64,000 bases of DNA from Alphaproteobacteria bacterium. GTDB lineage: Bacteria; Pseudomonadota; Alphaproteobacteria; Rs-D84. The translations under genes were made by a program, and so were the position numbers. Location of the stretch: positions 4,686 to 68,685 of the forward strand of contig JAGCYJ010000003.1 of the NCBI GenBank assembly GCA_017960855.1. Reading direction: 5' to 3'. Position 1 is the first letter of the stretch. Every line of letters starts with the position of its first letter. Shown one piece after another: positions 44,031 through 52,618 of this stretch. Below the pieces are notes generated by a model, which saw only the letters and a list, made by a program, of their open reading frames with translations, was not told where the DNA came from and made no database searches.

Positions 44031-45332
44031 ATGCAGAAATACTTTATTCAAACTTTTGGTTGTCAAATGAACGTCTATGACGGATGGCGCATTGCCACCA
44101 TGCTGAACGCGCGTGGTATGGTTCAAACAAATGATGTGGCGGATGCGGATATCATTATTTTGAACACGTGCGCCGTTCGTGCAAAAGCGACGGATAAAGT
44201 ATATTCTGCATTGGGTCGTATTCGTCTGATTAAAAAGCCCGATGCTATAATGGGCATTGTTGGTTGTGTTGCACGTGAATCTGGCGCAGATGCATTCCGC
44301 CGTGTTCCTGATTTGAATTTTGTTTTGGGACCCCAAAGTTATCATAAATTACCCGAGATATTTGAAAACCCAGACACACGTTTATTGAATATTGATCTGG
44401 GCGGTTTGGAAAAGTTTGATGAAATGCCCCAGATGGAAAAGTCGCCACTGGTAACCTATATTCCAATTCAAGAGGGTTGCAATCATTGTTGTACATACTG
44501 TATTGTGCCATATACCCGCGGTCGTGAAATATCGCGCGCTTTTGCCGATTGTGTTCGTGATACCGAATTGGCGGCAAATACCGGTGCAGTGGAAATCTGT
44601 TTCTTGGGTCAAAATGTTAACGGCTATAAATACACAGATGAAGACGGAAAAGTGTATCGCCTGTCTGATTTAATTCGTGCTGCTGCAAAACTAGACACAG
44701 TGAAACGCATTCGCTTTACATCCAGTTATCCAACCGAAATGACGGATGATTTGATTGATATGTTCGCGACGGAACCCAAATTATTACCGTTCTTGAATAT
44801 GCCGATTCAAAGCGGTTCACCCGATGTTCTGCGCCGTATGAACCGTCCATACGATTTAGATCAGTATATGTGCATTGTTAAAAAACTTAAACAAGCGCGT
44901 CCAGATATTCAAATATCATCTGATTTTATTGTCGGTTTCCCTGGCGAAACAGATTCTGATTTTGAACAAACACTTCAAATCGCACGAACCGTTAAATACA
45001 TCAATTCTTATTCATTCAAGTATTCGCCCCGCCCCCATACCGCTGCGGCAATTATGCCGGATCAGATTCCTGAAAATATTAAATCAAAACGGTTAGCTGT
45101 TCTGGACGCAGAACTTAATGAAATTCAACGTGCGTTTAATGAATCTTGTGTTGATAAAACCCTGATGTGTTTATGTGAAGGTCCCGACAAGACCGGTCGT
45201 CATTTGGTATATCGCACCCCATATATGCAACAATGCATTGTCGCAAAGCCAGACGGCGAACCAAAACAAATGTGCAACATCAAAATCACCGCCGCAAACA
45301 AGGCATCACTGCGCGGAAAAATCGTTGATTAA
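44031..45332 (+). CDS. miaB: tRNA-i6A37 methylthiotransferase MiaB
   Basis: FIQTFGCQMNVYD N-terminal cluster, radical-SAM CNHCCTYC, and a TRAM-like C-terminus. Confidence 0.9.
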   Translation: MQKYFIQTFGCQMNVYDGWRIATMLNARGMVQTNDVADADIIILNTCAVRAKATDKVYSALGRIRLIKKPDAIMGIVGCVARESGADAFRRVPDLNFVLGPQSYHKLPEIFENPDTRLLNIDLGGLEKFDEMPQMEKSPLVTYIPIQEGCNHCCTYCIVPYTRGREISRAFADCVRDTELAANTGAVEICFLGQNVNGYKYTDEDGKVYRLSDLIRAAAKLDTVKRIRFTSSYPTEMTDDLIDMFATEPKLLPFLNMPIQSGSPDVLRRMNRPYDLDQYMCIVKKLKQARPDIQISSDFIVGFPGETDSDFEQTLQIARTVKYINSYSFKYSPRPHTAAAIMPDQIPENIKSKRLAVLDAELNEIQRAFNESCVDKTLMCLCEGPDKTGRHLVYRTPYMQQCIVAKPDGEPKQMCNIKITAANKASLRGKIVD

Positions 45333-46891
45333 AATCTAAATCGTCCATTTAGTGCGACACTAAACGACATTCCAAACACATCATCATGAACGACCGCTAT
45401 GTGCATGTCACCGCCGGCCGCATCAAATACAGACCATGCGGACACACCAAATCCCACACCAAAAGTTTTATCTGTTTGAATAAGTGCACGCGCAATATAA
45501 TCGTATCGCAAACCAGCAAATTCATAACCGTATTTAAAATCAGCACCACCACCTGCAAATAATTTTGTATCGTCACAATCTAATACACCGACATATTTTT
45601 CGCCAACCGTTATAAACGGCGACACATTATATCCACCCGACAAATTAAACTGATGACCGTATTCACCAATCGCATATAAATAGGTACCGTCTGGGTTATT
45701 GGTCGCGCCACGCCCGTTAAACACCGGACCAACATTAAAATATGTCTTATTTGCCCCAACATGCACTCGAACAAAATCATCATTGTCCACATCATATTGG
45801 GCATCTAACCCGCCACCCAAAGACCGACCTGTATATTCATTGATATCGTCTGAACGATCGATATTCATAAAATAACCTGATAATTCCAGATGCAGATTAT
45901 TATACGGGTTTATTTTGACACTTGGTTGAATTCCACTAAGCGCCACATCTGACGAATATACAAAAAAAGGTTTTAGCCCCAACACAACGCCCTTCTCTAT
46001 ATACATTGATTCCAACATTTTATGTGAATACATTAAAGATACTGGTTCCATCAGTTTGATTGGATTGGTGCGAACACTGTCCGACAAAATACCGTTTATT
46101 TCACTCATCGTTTGCGCACGATCTAGTTTAGAAAACAATTTATTATCCGTACCAGACGCACGCAAATCGTTCAAGAACCGCCCCTTGTCATTTTTCAATA
46201 TCCGCGCATAATCAGTTGAACGAACCAATCGAACAAAGATATCATTATCGACCTTGTATGTCTGAAACACATGCAACACGTCCAGTGCATCAGAATCAAC
46301 ATATACAACACCATCGCCAGTTGCATTTAAAAACAATAGAAGCGGACTATTAACCACACTATCAAAACTTAAGATCACATCACCCGATAAATATATATTC
46401 TCCGGCGCATTAAAATCATACATATTACCAACGGAAAATCTGGCATTAGTAAAACTGACTGAATCTGCGTGCGCCGCAAGTTGCGTAATATTATTTAAAT
46501 CAATCCCGTTCGCATCACGCACCGCAATATCATAACCAGAATTTAATCCGATATCGGTGGCACTCGCATTTGAACTTATAACTTGGACAAAGTGCGCCCC
46601 GCTCTGCAACGACACATTTGCACCGAACACACCGGTGTTTTCCAATTCTACGGTGCAATTAGCACAAACATTAACAGTGCCCGCTATTTCACCAAAATTA
46701 AAGATATGTAAATTATCAACAACCTTGATATCGTGCGCTTCGAACAATACCCCGTCATGAACTGTAATATCTTCGTATACTGTAAAATCCGCATCACTAA
46801 TCGTATTCCCCGTCAAGTCCAACGATTTTGCATTGTTGGAAATACCGCCCAAAAACACAGAAATCACGAAAAGATGCGCCAGATTTTTCAT
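45329..46891 (-). CDS. Autotransporter (type Va) outer-membrane protein
   Basis: 520 aa. Signal peptide, repetitive N/G/V-rich passenger, and a C-terminal beta-domain of about 270 aa ending in GRFRF. Its stop overlaps the miaB stop (convergent genes). Confidence 0.6.
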   Translation of the reverse strand: MKNLAHLFVISVFLGGISNNAKSLDLTGNTISDADFTVYEDITVHDGVLFEAHDIKVVDNLHIFNFGEIAGTVNVCANCTVELENTGVFGANVSLQSGAHFVQVISSNASATDIGLNSGYDIAVRDANGIDLNNITQLAAHADSVSFTNARFSVGNMYDFNAPENIYLSGDVILSFDSVVNSPLLLFLNATGDGVVYVDSDALDVLHVFQTYKVDNDIFVRLVRSTDYARILKNDKGRFLNDLRASGTDNKLFSKLDRAQTMSEINGILSDSVRTNPIKLMEPVSLMYSHKMLESMYIEKGVVLGLKPFFVYSSDVALSGIQPSVKINPYNNLHLELSGYFMNIDRSDDINEYTGRSLGGGLDAQYDVDNDDFVRVHVGANKTYFNVGPVFNGRGATNNPDGTYLYAIGEYGHQFNLSGGYNVSPFITVGEKYVGVLDCDDTKLFAGGGADFKYGYEFAGLRYDYIARALIQTDKTFGVGFGVSAWSVFDAAGGDMHIAVVHDDVFGMSFSVALNGRFRF

Positions 46892-46983
46892 AACAGAAAA
46901 ACCTTAGCACAAAAGAATATATTCCTAAAACACAAAAATATAATTGGGGCACCAAAAAGCACCCCAATTCGCACACAATGAAA

Positions 46984-47550
46984 TTATTGCTTCAATGTTC
47001 CCCACGCGGCCTTATACCCGCCATCACGCGTCAGAATCAAACGAGCATTATTTAACTGGGTCGCCGTTAAACCACGAACAATATAAGATTGTTGCAAACG
47101 CCCCACCCTATCTATTCTTAATTGTGGCAAATCCACCGCCATTGGCGACATATCGCAACAGGTACTGTCATTACACGTTCCACACTGATAGATATGGGCG
47201 GTATAAGTTTTTCCTGGTCGTAAATCAATCAAATCAACCTTCATTTTCAAGCCGGCATCCGTTTCTTTGAATTTGATTGTCCCCATGGGTGATTCACCAC
47301 CACGCGAACTGCGCGTAAACATTTTTGCTTGGACATCATCTACATCTGACACATCATATGTTTGATAAAAAATAATTGTTTCTGACGACTGCCCTTGGCG
47401 CATTTTTTGTTTATTGTGCTGGCACCCACTGTGATCTTTTCTATTACATTGTGCGTGATGGGCATAATAACTTTTCGGACAAGAACACCCACCCATCAAT
47501 GACGCAATACCTAAAAATGATGCCAATAAAAATAAAGATTTAGATTTCAT
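46984..47550 (-). CDS. Lipoprotein with degenerate Cu/Zn-superoxide-dismutase (SodC)-like fold and Cys/His-rich N-terminus
   Basis: Lipobox LMGGC. GTIKFKETDAGLKMKVDLIDLRPGKTYTAHIYQCGTC aligns by eye with SodC GSVTITETDKGLEF...PPGEHGFHIHAKGSC, but most metal-binding His residues and the Zn loop are missing. Confidence 0.45.
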   Translation of the reverse strand: MKSKSLFLLASFLGIASLMGGCSCPKSYYAHHAQCNRKDHSGCQHNKQKMRQGQSSETIIFYQTYDVSDVDDVQAKMFTRSSRGGESPMGTIKFKETDAGLKMKVDLIDLRPGKTYTAHIYQCGTCNDSTCCDMSPMAVDLPQLRIDRVGRLQQSYIVRGLTATQLNNARLILTRDGGYKAAWGTLKQ

Positions 47551-47645
47551 AAATGTCTCCTTTGGTTGTTATGGTTACAGCAACATTTTATATTATTTAT
47601 CGTAATATATCGTCAGGTTTGAATTCATAAACCCCAGGAAATGAT

Positions 47646-47662
47646 GCACATAGCGCGTTTTT
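47646..47662. repeat. Half-copy of the conserved hairpin family
   Basis: GCACATAGCGCGTTTTT equals one arm of the 36984..37029 element. I found no matching second arm nearby. Confidence 0.6.
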
Positions 47663-47692
47663 AAAAAAATGTCGCCAGCGTTACTGGCGACA
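47663..47692 (-). terminator. Terminator after OMP gene 47716..48321
   Basis: Minus strand reads GTCGCCAG-TAACG-CTGGCGAC followed by ATTTTTTT. Confidence 0.65.
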
Positions 47693-47715
47693 CTAACATA
47701 CACAACGAACAAACA

Positions 47716-48321
47716 TTAGAACATAAATCTTACACCGACATCACCACCAAAGTCGTGCAACCCAGAGTGAACATCTGCATAAGTGTATCTGGCCGACACA
47801 TCAACCGCGAATACTTTCCAGTCAAATGTCATACCCAGTGTTCCCATTGCAGAGAAACGTGTTTTATCATCACTCTTGCTGCCGATGACATCAGATTTGC
47901 GCGACACATCGGTAAATGCCATACCGATACCGGCACCAACGAACGGACGAACCATTTCATACCCACCGAATTCCCAGTATGAATTCCACATCAAAGTCTG
48001 CAATTTGTTTTCTACCTTGACATCTTTGATATCGCCGAAATCTTTTGTGTCTTTGGTTTTGCTGTATATAGACCATTCAATTTCAGAACGCACTGTATCA
48101 CAGATATCCAAACCCATTGCCAAGCGGCCACGGAAATCCATATCTTCAATAGATTTCTTTTCGCCATTGAACTTATAGTTCAAATTGTTATACCCCAAAC
48201 CACCGCGCATTGCGATATATGGGTCCAGCCCCATGACGGTAAAACTCGGATCGGAACTTTGACCTGCAAATGCAGGGCACGCCAAAACGACCGCCATTGC
48301 TGATATTGCTAGTTTTTTCAT
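47716..48321 (-). CDS. Small outer-membrane beta-barrel protein (8-strand OmpA/Omp25-like)
   Basis: Signal peptide MKKLAISAMAVVLACPAFA. Ends VGVRFMF. Confidence 0.7.
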   Translation of the reverse strand: MKKLAISAMAVVLACPAFAGQSSDPSFTVMGLDPYIAMRGGLGYNNLNYKFNGEKKSIEDMDFRGRLAMGLDICDTVRSEIEWSIYSKTKDTKDFGDIKDVKVENKLQTLMWNSYWEFGGYEMVRPFVGAGIGMAFTDVSRKSDVIGSKSDDKTRFSAMGTLGMTFDWKVFAVDVSARYTYADVHSGLHDFGGDVGVRFMF

Positions 48322-48425
48322 TTTTTCTCCTTTTTGGTTTTTGTTTTCATGTCTATGTAAAAGATGTTATCAGACAAAAGTGCCTGATTACATAGGTATG
48401 GTTTCCAAAAAGAAGTGATTGAAAA

Positions 48426-49898
48426 TTAAAACCGCTGACGCATGGTAAACTCTGCCGTCCATTTATCATACTCACGCGAATGAATATTTGAATCGCGTTT
48501 GGTATAACTGACTGTTATTGTTGGGACAAATCCCCAAATATCAATTTTGTTATTAGACAGCGACACTGCATAACGTTGCAAAAAGTTGCGTTCCGTAATT
48601 TGTGCAAACTTATGGTTTTTTACCGTCCAACGCGGGCCATCATAATTCATCCACGAAAAAGACGGTTCCAAATATACACTGAATCCCCATGGCATCTCTG
48701 CGCCAAACCCCAGCCCGACATTATATTGCCAATTTGCATAAGAATCATCTTTTGCGGTATCACGATCAACCCCACCAAACAGCGCCACATATTTTGTCGC
48801 ATCCAACGAATAACTGACATATGGCGAAACACTGTATGTCTGACCGTCCATATATTCGCCGTATTCGTCGTATTTATTGTTCAACACACGGAAAGTCAAC
48901 CCCGTTGATAACTTACGCGTCCAGTCATAATGGGTGTCTAATTTTCCACCCGCCGACCAATTATATTTATCCCAACCATACCAGCGTCGCCCAGCTACCG
49001 CCGCCAACCACACATCACCGCGTTCCCAGATATAGCGTGGACCAGTTGATGCCGACAAATACAGGTCATCAAACTTATGCTTGTTATAAATATTGGTGTA
49101 AATATTGGCTTCGTTTTTCCAGCGCCAGTGATCCGCCAACACAAATTCGTAATTGCCCCCCAACACAAAGTTATAACCAAACGCCCTTTCGGGTTCCGGC
49201 AAAACGCGGGTAAATTCGCCCCATTCGTTTACGATTGTTTCTTCGCCACCTGACGCTTGATTGACATTGTTATCAGGTGCCGCACCAAAATTAAACCATG
49301 CGTTCCAGCGTTTATTTTGTCGTGCGACCCAGCGATAATACATCATTGCCTGCCGAACCTTTGGCGGAATGTCCGCCCCCGCCATAGCAAGACGCAAATG
49401 ATAATCGGCACGATACCACTGGTGCTTTGCCATATAGCAGAGCGCCAATTCATAGCGGATTTTTACAAGGTCGGGTTGGTCATCTAGTATCTTGCGATAT
49501 ATTTTTATCGCTTCGTCTAAATTACCCTTTTTCTGTTCCATTTGTGCCAGCAAATACCACCGTTCAATTTCTACCGGCAGATTATTTGTCTGAGGCATTT
49601 GGGTTAATATCTTTGTTGCTTGGTCATAGTCCCCCAAGAATACTAAATGCCCCGCATGTTTTACCGCATCCAGCGCAGACATTGCTACTATTTCGTTTTT
49701 GTATGTTTTTTGTTTCTTGGGTGATTTTTGTGCCGTTTTTGCTGGTTTATTTTCTTGGGCTTTTTTATCTTGTTCCGCCTTGATATAATCTATATAAGCA
49801 GTTTCCACAACCAGTGGTTTTGTTTCATCGGCGGGTGCAGATTTTATTCCCACACAACACATACACAATACGGCAAAAATAGTTGCAAATCTTTTCAT
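48426..49898 (-). CDS. Slam-like outer-membrane protein (TPR + DUF560 barrel; type XI secretion)
   Basis: Signal peptide, TPR-like helices (GNLDEAIKIYRKILDDQPDLVKIRYELALCY), the DUF560 start RQNKRWNAWFNFGAAPDNNVNQAS, and a barrel ending FTMRQRF. ATG at 49898 follows AGGAA. Confidence 0.7.
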   Translation of the reverse strand: MKRFATIFAVLCMCCVGIKSAPADETKPLVVETAYIDYIKAEQDKKAQENKPAKTAQKSPKKQKTYKNEIVAMSALDAVKHAGHLVFLGDYDQATKILTQMPQTNNLPVEIERWYLLAQMEQKKGNLDEAIKIYRKILDDQPDLVKIRYELALCYMAKHQWYRADYHLRLAMAGADIPPKVRQAMMYYRWVARQNKRWNAWFNFGAAPDNNVNQASGGEETIVNEWGEFTRVLPEPERAFGYNFVLGGNYEFVLADHWRWKNEANIYTNIYNKHKFDDLYLSASTGPRYIWERGDVWLAAVAGRRWYGWDKYNWSAGGKLDTHYDWTRKLSTGLTFRVLNNKYDEYGEYMDGQTYSVSPYVSYSLDATKYVALFGGVDRDTAKDDSYANWQYNVGLGFGAEMPWGFSVYLEPSFSWMNYDGPRWTVKNHKFAQITERNFLQRYAVSLSNNKIDIWGFVPTITVSYTKRDSNIHSREYDKWTAEFTMRQRF

Positions 49899-49943
49899 TT
49901 CCTGATGCATACAGCATAGCAATTTTAATAATTTTTACCATAG

Positions 49944-49976
49944 AAAAATCCCCCGCGATAGAGGGGGATTTTTTTA
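49944..49976 (-). terminator. Terminator/attenuator-like hairpin between the surface-lipoprotein gene and the Slam gene
   Basis: ATCCCCC-8 nt-GGGGGAT with T/A runs on both sides. Confidence 0.55.
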
Positions 49977-49991
49977 TCTAGCCAGTAAATA

Positions 49992-51344
49992 TCATTCTGG
50001 GTTTGATGGTGTATATGGTTTCATACCATAGCCCGCACGGAATTCGCGTTCATATTGAACAGCGTCGTCGCCAGTGCCTTCGTTGGTTGTTTCCTTGAAA
50101 CGAACAACACCTGTTGCTTCTTCTGGTCCGGCCAAGCCATAATAACCCATATCCAACATACCTTCGCGTTTCACACCATTCGCGTTTGTAGATGTTGCAA
50201 AGTTATTTACAGTCAAACCATCGCCAGTATCCGTTCTAAACTGGTTACCGTCATCACCCGTGGTGCCATTAAAGTTGCTAAAGGCAATGCTTTGGCTTGA
50301 ACCATTTTTAGTGACAGTCACATCATACCAGTTATTAAACGCCATATTCAATGTTTCCACACCACCAACAAAATCTAATGTGGCTGCATTATCCACCAAT
50401 GCAGCATTGGCGTTATGGTGATTGTCATCATTTGTTGCATATACACTACCTACGGCTTTACCCTTAAAGTGCATATCTGATGTTGGTCTGTGTTGCAAGG
50501 TTGCTACTTTATATCCCCCCGCAAACACATCATAGTCCGCATCATCAAATTCAAGACCATCCCAATCGGCAACAGCGTCTGTTTCCACACCGTCCTTGCC
50601 ACGATTGTGTGTTTTTGCATTATCAAAATTATCTTCTGTCACCCCTTTGTATTTACCAAAGTTGGTTGTTTGCAACATACCAAAATCGGAATACGTAAGT
50701 TCGTCTGTGCCACCTTGGGCGGTTATACGGAACGCTTGGTCAATACGGTCCCAACGGCACTTTTTATCCTTTGGACATTTATCCCGACCATTTGCCGCAG
50801 CATGCAAATCTGCGAATGTAGCAGGATCGTCGTCTATGCTGTAAACCAAACGGGCAATGGTTTCTTTGTCCGAAGCAGCATAGTCATTATGTCCCGATGC
50901 ATTATCATCCAACACAATATACTCATAAACGATTCCGCGGAAATCGGATGTTTCGCCATTACGGAACAACTTTTGTTTCCCGCCACCCGCATTAACTATC
51001 AAGGAATCTATTCTGCCGTTGTTGTCCATTCTGAAATGCAACGTCGGGTTTCCACCACCACCGGTTGCAATGCGGAAATTAACGTCGTCCAATCTGTATG
51101 ATGTATATGACAATCCGTCAATATCAACAGTTCCCGTACGGGTAATGATTGAACCTCCACCCTTTGGAACCAAAACTTCGGATGCCATTGATGTAATTGC
51201 GGCATTACTTGTCAACGCATCATCACTGACCGCTTCGCGCACCGTAACAGGTGATGCGCCACGTTGGCCAGAGCCGCCACCACCGCCACCGCCGCCACAG
51301 GCGACCAGTGCCAATATAGATGCCAATGCAATATATTTTTTCAT
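49992..51344 (-). CDS. Predicted Slam-dependent surface lipoprotein (TbpB/fHbp-like C-terminal barrel)
   Basis: Lipobox LVAC followed by a GGGGGGGGSG linker. C-terminal signature FKGKAVG...ATLDFVGG...GYYGLAGPEEATGVVRF...FRAGYGMK. Confidence 0.65.
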   Translation of the reverse strand: MKKYIALASILALVACGGGGGGGGSGQRGASPVTVREAVSDDALTSNAAITSMASEVLVPKGGGSIITRTGTVDIDGLSYTSYRLDDVNFRIATGGGGNPTLHFRMDNNGRIDSLIVNAGGGKQKLFRNGETSDFRGIVYEYIVLDDNASGHNDYAASDKETIARLVYSIDDDPATFADLHAAANGRDKCPKDKKCRWDRIDQAFRITAQGGTDELTYSDFGMLQTTNFGKYKGVTEDNFDNAKTHNRGKDGVETDAVADWDGLEFDDADYDVFAGGYKVATLQHRPTSDMHFKGKAVGSVYATNDDNHHNANAALVDNAATLDFVGGVETLNMAFNNWYDVTVTKNGSSQSIAFSNFNGTTGDDGNQFRTDTGDGLTVNNFATSTNANGVKREGMLDMGYYGLAGPEEATGVVRFKETTNEGTGDDAVQYEREFRAGYGMKPYTPSNPE

Positions 51345-51394
51345 TTTATCCTTCCTTTGTTGGACTGTTGAATTGAATTTCCCCTATCCCACTA

Positions 51395-51422
51395 ATTATA
51401 CCATAAAAAAGCATTAAAGCAA
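51395..51422 (-). promoter_or_regulatory. Promoter for the surface-lipoprotein/Slam genes
   Basis: Minus strand reads TTGCTT, 16-nt spacer, TGGTATAAT (extended -10). Confidence 0.45.
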
Positions 51423-51472
51423 GCCCCCGCCGACCGCAAAAAAAAACGAACAATCAAAGAGTTATCAAATAC

Positions 51473-51500
51473 AAAAACCGCCCAAACGGGCGGTGTTTAT
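51473..51500 (-). terminator. Terminator after tRNA-Lys
   Basis: Minus strand reads ACCGCCC-GTTT-GGGCGGT followed by TTTTG. Confidence 0.6.
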
Positions 51501-51502
51501 TC

Positions 51503-51578
51503 TGGTGGACGCGCAGGGACTCGAACCCTGGACCCACTGATTAAGAGTCAGTTGCTCTACCAACTGAGCTACGCATCC
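51503..51578 (-). tRNA. tRNA-Lys (anticodon CUU)
   Basis: The reverse complement GGATGCGTAGCTCAGTTGGTAGAGCAACTGACTCTTAATCAGTGGGTCCAGGGTTCGAGTCCCTGCGCGTCCACCA forms a cloverleaf with anticodon loop CT-CTT-AA and an encoded CCA. Confidence 0.95.
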
Positions 51579-51628
51579 AGCGACGACAATTATATACGCT
51601 TTTCCGCCAAATGCAAGTTTTTATCGTA

Positions 51629-52618
51629 TCACCGGATTTTTTCGGTTTGTATCAATGGACCTTGCATATCCGCCGTTTCATAGTCATAACGCCACGGTGT
51701 CAAAAGGTTTATATTATTTGTTCTACTACGATTTAATGAAGCATGTTCCTTTCCACCAATTTGGCGTTTACCCCTTGTTTGAATTCCCATAAGGTTACCC
51801 TCGTTATCAAATACCCCCCCACCGGAATTTCCACCCCATACTTGGCATTTTTTTTCAATGCCAGAAGCATAATATCTACATTTTGACACTTTCAATTTGT
51901 AATTATCTCCAAAAACATATTCGTAATACGCCCCATCTCTGTCTGCAAGATAGCCAAGAAAATTTATTACGTATTTGTTGGTTAAATCAACATCGCCTTT
52001 TCTCCAGCCCAATGCAGGTTCGGTAACGTCGGTATGTACATGTTCTATTCCAGTCAAATAACTATAATACAACCCCTTGAATTTTTCTATTTCAGCATCA
52101 CTCATTATTTTTAATGCGCCATATCCAATAACACGCGCACTGTATGGTATATTAAGTCCTGCCTTTGTTTTGTCACTAAATGTGGTTGAATAGATATATT
52201 CATATTCTTCTGGAATTTTATAAACCGCCCAATCACCATTGAAATTAACATCATTTATGGAATCATAATCCCCAACTCTATATTTATCTGCTGTTATTCT
52301 TGTACCACTCTGGGTCACTATATTTAGTTTATCCGATACAATGCCATTATCGTCAACGACACAATGTTTAGCGGTATATAAAAACTTATCGGCTGTTTCT
52401 TGATTTTTTACCTGGTGTATTATAGTTCCCGTACAGTATCCACTGGGCGTTTCAACGGCCACCACAGAATTATATGGATACAGCCATTTTTCATTATCTC
52501 TGACATAACAGCGTTTATCAATCGTAAAATCTTTTGGATACGAACAAGAATCGTCTTCTGCCCACGAAACCGTAGGCACCATGAAAAATAATAAAAACAG
52601 CGCGAATAATTTTTTCAC
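51629..52618 (-). CDS. Secreted trypsin-like (S1 family) serine protease
   Basis: His motif TAKHCV and Ser motif GGNSGGGVF. The preferred GTG start at 52618 gives MKKLFALFLLFFMVPTVSWA and overlaps the upstream TAG by 1 nt. The track start is a TTG at 52636. Confidence 0.75.
   Translation of the reverse strand: MKKLFALFLLFFMVPTVSWAEDDSCSYPKDFTIDKRCYVRDNEKWLYPYNSVVAVETPSGYCTGTIIHQVKNQETADKFLYTAKHCVVDDNGIVSDKLNIVTQSGTRITADKYRVGDYDSINDVNFNGDWAVYKIPEEYEYIYSTTFSDKTKAGLNIPYSARVIGYGALKIMSDAEIEKFKGLYYSYLTGIEHVHTDVTEPALGWRKGDVDLTNKYVINFLGYLADRDGAYYEYVFGDNYKLKVSKCRYYASGIEKKCQVWGGNSGGGVFDNEGNLMGIQTRGKRQIGGKEHASLNRSRTNNINLLTPWRYDYETADMQGPLIQTEKIR

Noticed and set aside
50490-51101. Plus-strand ORF of 203 aa (plus neighbouring plus-strand ORFs)
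   Set aside because: Antisense to the surface-lipoprotein gene. Its composition is atypical (Cys/Ile/Phe-rich) and it has no RBS.
51268-51300. Poly-Gly codon tract in the surface lipoprotein as a slipped-strand phase-variation site
   Set aside because: The tract is a mixture of GGC and GGT codons (GCCGCCACCACCGCCACCGCCGCC on the plus strand), not a perfect homopolymer or short-unit repeat of sufficient length.
45329-51628. tRNA-Lys-flanked genomic island carrying the surface-protein genes
   Set aside because: I found no integrase, no direct repeat of the tRNA 3' end, and no obvious compositional break by eye. This cannot be excluded without a computed GC and k-mer profile.
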